This document shows positions 8,759-17,402 of a stretch of DNA of 28,995 nucleotides, piece by piece; the stretch's first letter is position 1; each line of letters begins with the position of its first letter. Under the pieces are notes generated by a model, which saw only the letters and a program-made list of their open reading frames with translations, was not told where the DNA came from and ran no database searches. The translations under genes were made by a program, and so were the position numbers. This DNA comes from Gemmatimonadaceae bacterium (GTDB lineage: Bacteria > Gemmatimonadota > Gemmatimonadetes > Gemmatimonadales > Gemmatimonadaceae), in the NCBI GenBank assembly GCA_040901985.1, contig JBBDYC010000012.1:56456-85450 (forward strand), in the 5' to 3' direction.

Positions 8759-9805
8759 ATGCGTGTGCTCGGAATCGAGAGCTCGTGCGACGAGACGTCG
8801 GCGTCGGTGGTGCGGGGGCCGATCGAGCGGCCGACCCTGGAGTCGCTCGTGATCCTCTCGCAGGACGTGCATCGGCTCTTTGGCGGTGTCGTCCCCGAGA
8901 TCGCGTCGCGCGAGCATCTCACCGCAATCGTGCCGGTGACCGAGCGCGCACTCGCCGACGCCGGCGTGCGCGCGGCAGAGATTGACGGCATCGCCGTCAC
9001 GCACGCCCCTGGGCTGGTCGGCGCACTGTTGGTCGGAGTCAGCTTCGCCAAGGCGCTCGCCACGGCGCTCGACAAGCCGGTGATCGGCATCCATCATATG
9101 GAAGGGCACCTCTTCGCCACGGCACTCGAGCACCCGGATGCCGCCCCTCCCTTCACCGCGCTGCTGGTTTCCGGGGGCCACACGCTCCTGCTCGACGTCG
9201 AGGAGTGGGGACGGTATCGGATCCTCGGCTCGACCCGCGATGACGCGGCCGGCGAGGCGTTCGACAAGACCGCCAAGCTGCTGGGCCTCCCCTACCCGGG
9301 AGGCCGGCACATCGAGGCGCTGGCGAAGGAGGGCGATCCGACGCGCGTCAGATTTCCGCGGCCGATGCTCCACGGCGGGCAGCGGCCGGGCGACGCCGAT
9401 TACTACGACGTGTCGTTCAGCGGCCTCAAGACCGCGGTCCTGCTTGCGGTGCAGGCGTCCACGAACCTCGCCGCCGAGCGGGCGCACATCGCCCGGGGCT
9501 TTCAGGACGCGTTGATCGAGACGCTGGTGACGAAGACGCTCCGCGCCGCGCGCGCACACGGCCGCGCCAAGATCGTGCTCGGGGGCGGGGTGGCGTGCAA
9601 CGGCGCGCTGGTCGCCGCCACCCGCGCCGCCGCGCAGGAGTTCGGCGCCGCGGTGTACGCCCCGACGCCGCGCCTCGCCACCGACAACGCGGCGATGATC
9701 GCCGCCGCCGGCCTGTTTCGCCTGTTTCGCCTTGACGCCGGCGAGCGCGACGATGCGACCCTCAACGCCTTCTCGACGCGGCCGCTTCCCGGCCTCATCG
9801 CCTAG
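8759..9805 (+). CDS. tsaD: tRNA N6-adenosine threonylcarbamoyltransferase TsaD (alternative in-frame ATG at 8720)
   Basis: VLGIESSCDET, GGVVPEIASREH, HHMEGH, VSGGHT, DDAAGEAFDK, SFSGLKT, TDNAAMIA. Confidence 0.97.
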   Translation: MRVLGIESSCDETSASVVRGPIERPTLESLVILSQDVHRLFGGVVPEIASREHLTAIVPVTERALADAGVRAAEIDGIAVTHAPGLVGALLVGVSFAKALATALDKPVIGIHHMEGHLFATALEHPDAAPPFTALLVSGGHTLLLDVEEWGRYRILGSTRDDAAGEAFDKTAKLLGLPYPGGRHIEALAKEGDPTRVRFPRPMLHGGQRPGDADYYDVSFSGLKTAVLLAVQASTNLAAERAHIARGFQDALIETLVTKTLRAARAHGRAKIVLGGGVACNGALVAATRAAAQEFGAAVYAPTPRLATDNAAMIAAAGLFRLFRLDAGERDDATLNAFSTRPLPGLIA

Positions 9806-9887
9806 GCGTGGGCCCGCAGTTAGGATTGTGAAGGTGTAGCGACGACGTGTCGTGTCCTTGCACCGCCCACCTCCAGCCGCCCACTTG

Positions 9888-10718
9888 ATGTTCGAGCACA
9901 TCCCATTCGCCTACGACTTCGGCCCGCTGCAGCTGACCGGCTTCGGGGTGGCGATGCTGTTGGCCTTCGTCATCGGGCAGATGGTCGCCGCCGAGGAACT
10001 CGACCGCCGCGGCTGGGATCCGGAGATCATGGGGGACGTCATCGTCGCCGCGGTCGTCGGGGGGCTCGCCGGGGCGAAGATCTACTATGCGATCCTCGTC
10101 GGCGACGTCACGGCGCTCTACAGCCGCGCCGGGTTCGTCTTCTGGGGAGGGCTCATCGGTGGGATCATCGCGTCGGCGGCGGTCATCGCCTGGCGGAAGG
10201 CGAGCTTTGTGCAGGTCTCCGACGCCTGCGCGCCCGGACTCGCCGCGTCGTACACCGTGGGCCGGACCGGGTGCTTCGCGGTCGGCGACGACTATGGCAC
10301 GCCGTGGGGCGGTCCGCTGGCGGTGGCCTTCCCCGATGGTGCGCCGCCGAGCACCGTGGCGAACCTCACGCAGCAGTTCGGTCTCCGTGGGTACGCCGAC
10401 GCGCCGCCGGACCAAGTGCTGAGCGTGCACCCGACGCAGCTCTACGAGACGGCGATGGGCCTCGTGATGTTCGCCCTGCTCTGGCGGCTGCGCGACCATC
10501 CACACGCCGCCGGTTGGCTCTTCGGCGTCTACTGTGTGCTGGCGGGCATCGAGCGCTTCGTCATCGAGTTCTTCCGGGCCAAGGACGACCGGATCTTCGG
10601 CGTACTCACGATCGCCCAGGTGATTGCACTGGTCTTCGTGGCGGCGGGCGCGACCTGGATGGTGATGCGCGCCCGTGCCGACGCCGGCCACCCCGGCGTT
10701 CTCGCCCCTAAGGGTTGA
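9888..10718 (+). CDS. lgt: Prolipoprotein diacylglyceryl transferase Lgt
   Basis: Multi-TM protein with GRTGCF.VGDDYG, HPTQLYE and RFVIEFFR motifs. Confidence 0.9.
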   Translation: MFEHIPFAYDFGPLQLTGFGVAMLLAFVIGQMVAAEELDRRGWDPEIMGDVIVAAVVGGLAGAKIYYAILVGDVTALYSRAGFVFWGGLIGGIIASAAVIAWRKASFVQVSDACAPGLAASYTVGRTGCFAVGDDYGTPWGGPLAVAFPDGAPPSTVANLTQQFGLRGYADAPPDQVLSVHPTQLYETAMGLVMFALLWRLRDHPHAAGWLFGVYCVLAGIERFVIEFFRAKDDRIFGVLTIAQVIALVFVAAGATWMVMRARADAGHPGVLAPKG

Positions 10719-10821
10719 ACCAGTACGACACCTTCAGCAGGAAGGTGTTGTTCGGGTGGAGGTCGAAGAGCTCGCCGATGTCGCGGCGGAAGCTGAAATC
10801 GGTCGCCGTACCGCTCGGCGC
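10708..10821 (-). pseudogene. 3' remnant of an outer-membrane beta-barrel protein gene (resembles DUF5916-type C-termini)
   Basis: Minus frame reads APSGTATDFSFRRDIGELFDLHPNNTFLLKVSYWFNP-TAG with genome-typical codons but no start codon; family assignment is from recall, not a search. Confidence 0.6.
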
Positions 10822-10839
10822 GCGGCGTGGTGGTGAGCG

Positions 10840-12879
10840 CTAGCTGCCGGTCTTTGCGTCCACCTCGACCGGGAATGTCACGGCAGCTGGCGCGCGTGCC
10901 GGCGGCGCGCCGACGGCAAGCGTTCTCCAGAGCGCGACGAGCGCCAGCACGACGAGCAAACCCTGTCCGGCGAGCGTCTCCACGCTCGGGAATATTCCGA
11001 GCGCACCGACGAACGGGCCGTGCTCAAGCGGCGTGATCGAGAGCAGATTCCCTTCTTGCAACTCGCGCAGTCCTTTTCCCATGAAGATGAACGCCAGCAG
11101 GTAGAGGAGCGCACCCGTGGTGGCGAAGAACGAGCGGAGCGGCAGGCGAAGCCCGAAGCGGTGGAACGCAATCCAGATCGCCGCAAGGATGAGCGCGCCG
11201 ACACCCATCCCGGCGAGCACCGGCGGGATCACTGCCGGACCCCGCGTCAGGAGCGCCTGATAGAAGAGCGCCGTCTCGGCCCCTTCGCGGAAGACCGCGA
11301 GGAACGCCACCGCGGTGAGCGCGTGCGCATTTCCCGACGACAGCGCCGAGCCGACCTTCTCCTGGATAAAGCGCTGCCAGCGCGCCGACTCGACCTTGGA
11401 GAGGAGCCAATAACTGACCGAGAAGAGGACGACGACCGCAAGGAGCATCGTCACCCCCTCGATCACCTCGCGGCTGGCCGGGGCATTGGCAAGCGCGGTG
11501 CGAAGTCCGACCGCCAGCAGCACGCTCGCGACGAGCCCGGCGCCCACACCGTACCAGACCTCTCGCACCCGACCGGCGTTGCCCGTCTTGAGAAGGAAGG
11601 CCACGACGGCGCCGATGATCAGGATCGCCTCGAAGCCCTCCCGCACGATGATGAGCAGCGACTCGGAAAAGGCGCCCCAACCGCGCGTCGGCGTCTCGGC
11701 GAGGTGGACGACCTGCGGCAACGCCACTGCAATCCGCGCACGCGCCGTGCCCGCCGCGCCGAGGTTGTTGGCCTTCACGGCACCCTTGAAGTCGGCGAAG
11801 TGCCGCTCGACGAGGCCGACCAGGCCCGGGTCGCGTGTGCGGACGCTCGCCTCGAGCGGCTCGAACGCCACATAGGCGTCGAACGCGAGATCGCCGGCGA
11901 GCGAAAGCTCCCCGACCCGCGCCCGCGCGACGGACTCGTCAAGCAGCCGCATCACGTCCTCAGCAACCGTCTCTGGCGTGCGAACCGGCGGCGCGACCAC
12001 CGTCGGTCGGGCGCGAAGCCCGGCGAGGATCGCCCGGGCGTCGGCGGCGCTGAGCGGCGGCTGCGAGTCCATCCCGAGTTGCGCATCGCCCGCCGCGAGC
12101 GCCGCGAGCACCTGCCGATCATGCCGCTCGGCGAGCCACGGGAAGGTGTGCCCCTCGGGGAGCGCGCCGTCCGCGCAGCGCGTGCAGCGCGCGCTGAGCA
12201 GCGCAAGGCCGCGCTCCGCCTCCTCGGCGCGCGCGCGCAGTGTCGTCACGTAGGTCACCACCGCCCAGCGCTGCGCCGGCGTGAGGTCGGCAAAGGCCGC
12301 CATCGAGGTGCCCTGGACACCCACCGTGACGATGCGGTACATCAGCGCCGGCGTCACATCGGCCATCAGCTCGACATCGGAGAGCGGCGTCGGCGGTGGG
12401 TTCAGTCCGGCGGCGGCGTGGCCGTTGCCCGCGCCGGCCGCGCCGTGACAGGCCGCACAGCGCGCCGCGTAGAGGGCGCGCGCCTCGTCGAGATTGATCG
12501 GCGCGCGCGGATAGTCGAGCGTCGCGTCGGGGCCGAGGACGGCAATCAGCCGCGCGTGGATCTCGGTGAGCGCGGCCGGCGCGACCCGGTCGGCGACCGC
12601 CGTGCGCATTTCATCGAGCAACGCGTGAAGCTGCGACGCGCGGCCGTCGTCAATGCGCGACGTCAGCGCTTGCGCGTCGGCGAGGAACGTCGCCGCTTCG
12701 TCGTATTCGAGCTGGGCGAAAATCCGCCCGCGGTCGTCAACGCCTTTCGAGTACTCGTCCACCGCGACGGCGGCGATGTTTGCCAACCGCTTCGCCGGCG
12801 CCTCTTGGGCGGCAATCGGAGCGGCTGCCGCGAGCGCCGAGACGGCCACAAGCGAAATGAGAATCGTTCTCAAATGCAT
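10840..12879 (-). CDS. Cytochrome c / FTR1 family iron permease fusion (PbrT-like)
   Basis: Signal peptide (..ALAAAAPIAAQ), heme motif CAACH with a probable axial Met (GTSM), C-terminal multi-TM FTR1 domain with REGFE and REGAE motifs. Confidence 0.92.
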   Translation of the reverse strand: MHLRTILISLVAVSALAAAAPIAAQEAPAKRLANIAAVAVDEYSKGVDDRGRIFAQLEYDEAATFLADAQALTSRIDDGRASQLHALLDEMRTAVADRVAPAALTEIHARLIAVLGPDATLDYPRAPINLDEARALYAARCAACHGAAGAGNGHAAAGLNPPPTPLSDVELMADVTPALMYRIVTVGVQGTSMAAFADLTPAQRWAVVTYVTTLRARAEEAERGLALLSARCTRCADGALPEGHTFPWLAERHDRQVLAALAAGDAQLGMDSQPPLSAADARAILAGLRARPTVVAPPVRTPETVAEDVMRLLDESVARARVGELSLAGDLAFDAYVAFEPLEASVRTRDPGLVGLVERHFADFKGAVKANNLGAAGTARARIAVALPQVVHLAETPTRGWGAFSESLLIIVREGFEAILIIGAVVAFLLKTGNAGRVREVWYGVGAGLVASVLLAVGLRTALANAPASREVIEGVTMLLAVVVLFSVSYWLLSKVESARWQRFIQEKVGSALSSGNAHALTAVAFLAVFREGAETALFYQALLTRGPAVIPPVLAGMGVGALILAAIWIAFHRFGLRLPLRSFFATTGALLYLLAFIFMGKGLRELQEGNLLSITPLEHGPFVGALGIFPSVETLAGQGLLVVLALVALWRTLAVGAPPARAPAAVTFPVEVDAKTGS
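12858..12872. promoter_or_regulatory. Fur-box-like operator TGAGAA-TCG-TTCTCA
   Basis: Perfect 6-3-6 inverted repeat; 11 of 14 defined positions match the 7-1-7 Fur consensus TGATAATnATTATCA; lies at the 5' end of an iron permease gene. Confidence 0.7.
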
Positions 12880-12886
12880 ATGCTTG

Positions 12887-12892
12887 AAGCTA
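12887..12892 (-). promoter_or_regulatory. Putative -10 element TAGCTT (leaderless FTR1 transcript)
   Basis: 7 nt upstream of ATG 12879; no Shine-Dalgarno sequence. Confidence 0.55.
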
Positions 12893-12936
12893 ACAAGAAT
12901 CCCGAGCAATCCGGTAGGGCTATTTCGACGCTCGGG

Positions 12937-13317
12937 CTATCGCTCGAGGATGACCACTGCCCCCGCGGTCTCCTCGGTGTGGCTCAGCGTCAGCCAGACG
13001 TGGACCACCCCGAGCTCGGCGGCTCGCGCGGCCGCGCGCCCGGTGAAGTGCAGCACCGGCGGCCCCTCGTCCCCGCGCATCACCTCGGCCTCCTTCCAGC
13101 CAATCAGCTTGGCCTCGTCCGAGCCGGTGAGCGCCTTGAACACCGCCTCCTTGGCCGCGAGGCGCGCGGCGAGATGCATCGCCGGCCGGGCGCGCGCGAG
13201 CGCGTACGCCTGTTCGTGCGGCGTGAAGAGCCGGTCGAGCGCGCGCTGCTCCTTTCGCGCGAGCATCGCCTCGACGCGCGCGATCTGGACGAGGTCGAAC
13301 CCGACGCCGACGATCAT
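12937..13317 (-). CDS. acpS: Holo-ACP synthase
   Basis: MIVGVGFDLV, LAARLAAKEAVFKAL, G.P.L, LTLSH; 126 aa. Confidence 0.95.
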   Translation of the reverse strand: MIVGVGFDLVQIARVEAMLARKEQRALDRLFTPHEQAYALARARPAMHLAARLAAKEAVFKALTGSDEAKLIGWKEAEVMRGDEGPPVLHFTGRAAARAAELGVVHVWLTLSHTEETAGAVVILER

Positions 13318-13811
13318 CGCGCCTTCGATGTCGCGCCGCGCCAAAGCGCGCCGCGCCGGCCGCGCGAATCGCTCAGCGCGCCGAGTGCCGAGTGCCACCA
13401 GTCGTCGGCAGCGCGGAAGAGCTGCTGGATGGTCGCCACCCAGCGCTCCCACGCCGCGCGGCGGTCGTCGCGCGTGGCGGCCTTCGCCGCGTCGGCGGCG
13501 ACGCGCACGGTCACCAGCGCGCCCCAAAGCGGGCCGGCGAGGATCTCCAGCTCGGCTGCCAGCGCCCGCTGATCCGGCGGCGAGCGCTTGTGGCGCGCCT
13601 CGGCGAGCGCGAGGATCGCCGAGCGCCACGCCCGCTCCAACCGCGTCGCGTCGAACGCCGCCAGCTGCGCCTCCAGCGACGACGCCCGGTGCGCCATCGT
13701 CCGCGCCTGGATCAACGGTGCGAAGATCAGGTCGTGGTCCGACCCCGGCTCCGACGGCACCGCCAGCGCGCGCAGCGAGCGCGTGAACTCGGGGAGCGGG
13801 AACTCAGGCAT
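13314..13811 (-). CDS. Hypothetical alpha-helical protein (165 aa)
   Basis: Overlaps both neighbours (8 nt with the CYTH gene, ATGA with acpS); protein-like Ala/Leu/Trp composition. Confidence 0.75.
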   Translation of the reverse strand: MPEFPLPEFTRSLRALAVPSEPGSDHDLIFAPLIQARTMAHRASSLEAQLAAFDATRLERAWRSAILALAEARHKRSPPDQRALAAELEILAGPLWGALVTVRVAADAAKAATRDDRRAAWERWVATIQQLFRAADDWWHSALGALSDSRGRRGALWRGATSKAR

Positions 13812-14403
13812 CGGTGGCCGAATAGCGATAGTCACCGGCGAGCTCGCGGTCGCAAAGCGCGGCGCGCTGGCCGGTCCGGGCCTCGAACCGCAGCACGAAG
13901 TCGGGAAGCCGCTCCGCCGTGAAGGATGGCCGCGGCAATCCGAGGGCGGCGATTGCGCGTTCAATCGCCGCCGGCTCCCCCTCCACCTCGATCAGCACGT
14001 CCATACGGGGATATCGCTCGAATCGCACGACGGCGCCAGCGAATGCATACTGCCCGATCTCACGGTCAATCTCGCGCGTGACGACGTAGCCGAGCGCCTC
14101 GAGGATCCGGGCCAGCGCGTCGGCGTCGCCCACCGACACCGAATCCTCCTCGCGCACCTTGTAGCCGTCGGCGTATCCGGTGGGCCCCTTGAAGTCGAGA
14201 AATGCGCGCACCTCGGCGCCCCGATAGACACGGAGCCGCAAGACGTCGTCGCGGCGGGCGAGTGCCCGGTCGGCCGTGTCGTAGCGGCGGTCCTCGAGCC
14301 GGCCCTCATAGACCGGCATCGCCCCAGCGCCGATGAGCGCCCGCCGCGCCGCCTCCGCTGCCGCCGGATCCTCGACCACGCCCTTGAGCTCGACCTCACG
14401 CAT
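13804..14403 (-). CDS. CYTH domain protein (class IV adenylate cyclase / triphosphate tunnel metalloenzyme)
   Basis: N-terminal EVELK, D.RYDT, LRLR, KGP, K.REE, IEVEG. Confidence 0.9.
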   Translation of the reverse strand: MREVELKGVVEDPAAAEAARRALIGAGAMPVYEGRLEDRRYDTADRALARRDDVLRLRVYRGAEVRAFLDFKGPTGYADGYKVREEDSVSVGDADALARILEALGYVVTREIDREIGQYAFAGAVVRFERYPRMDVLIEVEGEPAAIERAIAALGLPRPSFTAERLPDFVLRFEARTGQRAALCDRELAGDYRYSATDA

Positions 14404-15088
14404 CGAGGATCGCCTCCATCACGCGCGCCGTATCCGAGAGGTCGGCGAAGGCCGCCGCGGGCCGGTGCAGTTGCAGTTCATCCAGCGGGTACCCGCCGGT
14501 CGCCACGGCGATTGCCCGGGCGCCGACGCCGCGTCCGCAGTCGATGTCCGCTGGCGTGTCACCGATGATCACGAGCCAATCGCCCGGCACGTCGTGGCCG
14601 AGGAGGGCGCTGGCCCGCCGCTGGGCGATTGGCGGGAGCATCGGCCGGTCCTCGTGGTCGGACCCGAACGCCCCCACCCGGAAGCGCGCCGGACTGATCT
14701 CCACGGCACGGAGCTTCACCGCGGCGCCCTCGACGAGGTTGCCGGTGAGGAGCCCGAGCACGAGATCGTCCCGCGCCTCGACCGCCGCGAGGAGCGGCAC
14801 GACGCCGGCCAGGGCGCGCGCCCGATGCGTCGGGCGCTCCAGCAGGGCGCCAAGCCCTTCGAGGTATCGCTCGATGACGGCCGGCATCCGGGCGTCAATC
14901 GTCGCATCGTCAAAGCCCTCGAGCCGCATCGTCTTGCGGACGATCAGCCTGTCGGTCTTGCCACCGTAGCGGTAGGCCGCCGGCCCGGACGTGCCGAAGG
15001 TCGCGGTGAGCGCCGCCTCCATCGCGGTGCGCCCCGCCCCATCGGAAAGGAGCAGCGTGCCGTCAATGTCAAAGAGGACGACCTTCAT
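14396..15088 (-). CDS. HAD-superfamily phosphatase
   Basis: Motif I FDIDGTL, LLTGN, motif IV IGDTPADI. Confidence 0.93.
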   Translation of the reverse strand: MKVVLFDIDGTLLLSDGAGRTAMEAALTATFGTSGPAAYRYGGKTDRLIVRKTMRLEGFDDATIDARMPAVIERYLEGLGALLERPTHRARALAGVVPLLAAVEARDDLVLGLLTGNLVEGAAVKLRAVEISPARFRVGAFGSDHEDRPMLPPIAQRRASALLGHDVPGDWLVIIGDTPADIDCGRGVGARAIAVATGGYPLDELQLHRPAAAFADLSDTARVMEAILDA

Positions 15089-15966
15089 CGCCGGACGAGG
15101 TAGAGGCCGCCGAGGACTGCGGCGGCGCCGACACCCTGGAACGCCGTCGGGACCTCATTGAGCATCAGCCAGGCCACCAGCACGGCGACGATCGGTTGCA
15201 GGTTGGCGAACATTGACGTCCGCGTCGCCCCGATCTCGCGCACGCCGCGATACCAGACGAGATAGGCGATCACCATCGCGATGACGCCGGAGTAGGCCAC
15301 GGCACCCCACGTCAGGGGCGCGATGGCACGCCACTCCATCCGGACGAGCGCCGGGCTGGCGATGAGCGCGAGCGGCACGACGCCGCCGACCAGTGTCCAC
15401 GCCGCGACCTGCACCGAGTCCACGCGCTGGGTGATCGGCACGAGTCCGGTGGTGAAGAACGCCCAGGCACCGACTGCGGCGAGGATCATCAGGTCGCCGA
15501 CCAGGTGGCGGGTGCCGTCGGCGGCGATGCTGCCGCCGAGTACGAACACGACACCGAGGATCGAGAGCGCGATGCCCGCGACTGCCTTGAGCGCGAGACG
15601 CTCGTGCCCGTGGGCACGGGCGACGATCGCCACCACCGCCGGGCTCGACGCGACGACCAGCGACGCGGTGCCGGCGCGCGTGAACGAGATTCCATAGATG
15701 AAGAGGATCTGGTAGATGCAGTGGCCGAGGACGCCGAGCCCGAGCAGGCGCCGGATGTCGGCCGGCGCCGGCCGCGGGCGCGGCCGCGCGTAGACGATGG
15801 CGACGAGGATGACGCAGCCGAGGGACATCCGGAGCGCGTTGTAGGCGATCGGCTCCATCACCTGCGTGCCGTACTTGACGACCGAGAAGTTGACGCCCCA
15901 GATGACGGCCATTGCCACGAGACTGAGCTCGGTGGCGTGGCTGGCGCGTCCGGCGGCGGCGGTCAT
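15085..15966 (-). CDS. DMT/EamA family transporter
   Basis: About 10 TM segments, IWGVNFSVVK, GDLMIL, YLVWYRGV..IG, NLQPIVA. Confidence 0.93.
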   Translation of the reverse strand: MTAAAGRASHATELSLVAMAVIWGVNFSVVKYGTQVMEPIAYNALRMSLGCVILVAIVYARPRPRPAPADIRRLLGLGVLGHCIYQILFIYGISFTRAGTASLVVASSPAVVAIVARAHGHERLALKAVAGIALSILGVVFVLGGSIAADGTRHLVGDLMILAAVGAWAFFTTGLVPITQRVDSVQVAAWTLVGGVVPLALIASPALVRMEWRAIAPLTWGAVAYSGVIAMVIAYLVWYRGVREIGATRTSMFANLQPIVAVLVAWLMLNEVPTAFQGVGAAAVLGGLYLVRR

Positions 15967-15973
15967 CCGGTGA

Positions 15974-15979
15974 AAACTA
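15974..15979 (-). promoter_or_regulatory. Putative -10 element TAGTTT (leaderless EamA operon)
   Basis: 7 nt upstream of ATG 15966 in a 57-bp divergent intergenic region. Confidence 0.5.
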
Positions 15980-16011
15980 ACGGGCGGGGTGCGGGGCGCA
16001 CGGGCGCGCGA

Positions 16012-16017
16012 TAGCTT
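16012..16017 (+). promoter_or_regulatory. Putative -10 element TAGCTT (leaderless)
   Basis: 6 nt upstream of ATG 16024. Confidence 0.55.
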
Positions 16018-16023
16018 GTCCCG

Positions 16024-16446
16024 ATGCACGTTTCCTTCGCGCTCTTCGCCGACGCGGCGAACATCTCCCAGGAAGGGAAGCTCAACGTCCTCGGCGTCTT
16101 CGACGCACTGCAGGTGGCCGCCGTCCCCGCCGTCCACCCGCGCGCCACGATGATCGTACGGCTCAAGGCGCTGGCCGACGACGCCGGTCGCCACGTCCTT
16201 GCCTTCACCTGGGTCAGCCCCGGCGGCGACGAGATCTGGTCGTCGTCGGGGGAGCTCGAGGTGGGCTCACCGCCGCCCGGCGCGAGCGAGCTCGACGTAC
16301 CGGTGATCGCCGCAATCGACCTGCCGATCCAGGAGGCCGGCACCCACGTGATGCGGGTGGCGCTCGACGGGGACCTCTGCGCCGAGTTGCTCCTGCACGT
16401 CCGCGCCGGCGCCCCGGTGATGCCGACCGGGGGGCTGGTCAGCTAG
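16024..16446 (+). CDS. Conserved hypothetical beta-rich protein (DUF6941-like)
   Basis: FALFADAAN..EGKLNVLGVFD N-terminus; family name from recall. Confidence 0.7.
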   Translation: MHVSFALFADAANISQEGKLNVLGVFDALQVAAVPAVHPRATMIVRLKALADDAGRHVLAFTWVSPGGDEIWSSSGELEVGSPPPGASELDVPVIAAIDLPIQEAGTHVMRVALDGDLCAELLLHVRAGAPVMPTGGLVS

Positions 16447-17402
16447 TCGGCAAGCCCGCGGACGCCGTCGCGGCCCTTCGCCGCGCGGACCGCGCGTTCA
16501 ATCGCCGCCTCGAGCGCCTGCACGGCCAGCATCTCCCCCTGCGCGAGGGGCGCCGTGCGTCCGCTCATCGGCGCGAGCGCGAAGACGATGTCCCCGTCGA
16601 AGCTCGACCCGGCGGGGGTGATTCGCCGGTGATAGGCCGCGGTCGCGGCGCGGGCGATGCGCTGCAGCTCGAGGCGCGAGTACGCGGCATCGAGCGCGAG
16701 CACGGCGAGCGTGGTGTTCGACGCCCCGGGGGCGAACGCCTGGGGCACGGCGCCCGCGGCAATCGTGCGCGCAGTGTCCACAAATGCGCCCTTGGCGTCC
16801 CGCGCGCCGGCGATGATGGCGCCCGCGGCGTCGCGCACGTCCCCGAACGCATTCACCGCGACGATGGCCGCGGCGGCGCACGCGTTGCCCTCGGCCACCG
16901 CGACGCCGAGTCCGCCTTTCATCGCGGCCCCCGGTCCGAGGAGTTTTCCCACCGTGCACCCCGTCCCGGCGCCGACCGACCCCTCGGCGACGCCATCGCT
17001 CGTCGCGGAGTCGCAGGCGGCGAACGCCATCTCCGGCGTCGGCCGCGCGTCGAAGCGGCCGAGCGGCGCGAGGTCGAAGACGACGGCGGCGGGGACGATC
17101 GGCACCACGCCCTTCCCCACGGCGAAGCCACGCTGGCGCTCCTCCATCCAGCGCATCACCCCCGCCGCGGCGTCGAGGCCAAAGGCCGATCCGCCGGTGA
17201 GCAGCACGGCATCCACGCGCTCGACGAGATGGCCCGGCTCGAGGAGGGCGAGCTCCCGCGAGCCGGTCGCGCGGCCAATCACCGCGACGGCGGCGCGGTG
17301 CGGCGCGTCCACGCCGCGGACCACGGTGCAGCCGGTGCCGCCCGCCGCGTCGGTCGCGTGGCCGACCGCGAGCGCGAAGCGCGCGAGCGAGGGTGCGCTC
17401 AC
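16443..17402 (-). CDS. P1 family peptidase (DmpA-like, self-processing nucleophile hydrolase)
   Basis: VGHATD...TGCT, GGSAFGL, VPIVPAAVVFDL, GSVGAGTG, KGGLG, NAFGD, NTT, DGD; GTG start overlaps the upstream stop (GTGA). Confidence 0.9.
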   Translation of the reverse strand: MSAPSLARFALAVGHATDAAGGTGCTVVRGVDAPHRAAVAVIGRATGSRELALLEPGHLVERVDAVLLTGGSAFGLDAAAGVMRWMEERQRGFAVGKGVVPIVPAAVVFDLAPLGRFDARPTPEMAFAACDSATSDGVAEGSVGAGTGCTVGKLLGPGAAMKGGLGVAVAEGNACAAAAIVAVNAFGDVRDAAGAIIAGARDAKGAFVDTARTIAAGAVPQAFAPGASNTTLAVLALDAAYSRLELQRIARAATAAYHRRITPAGSSFDGDIVFALAPMSGRTAPLAQGEMLAVQALEAAIERAVRAAKGRDGVRGLAD

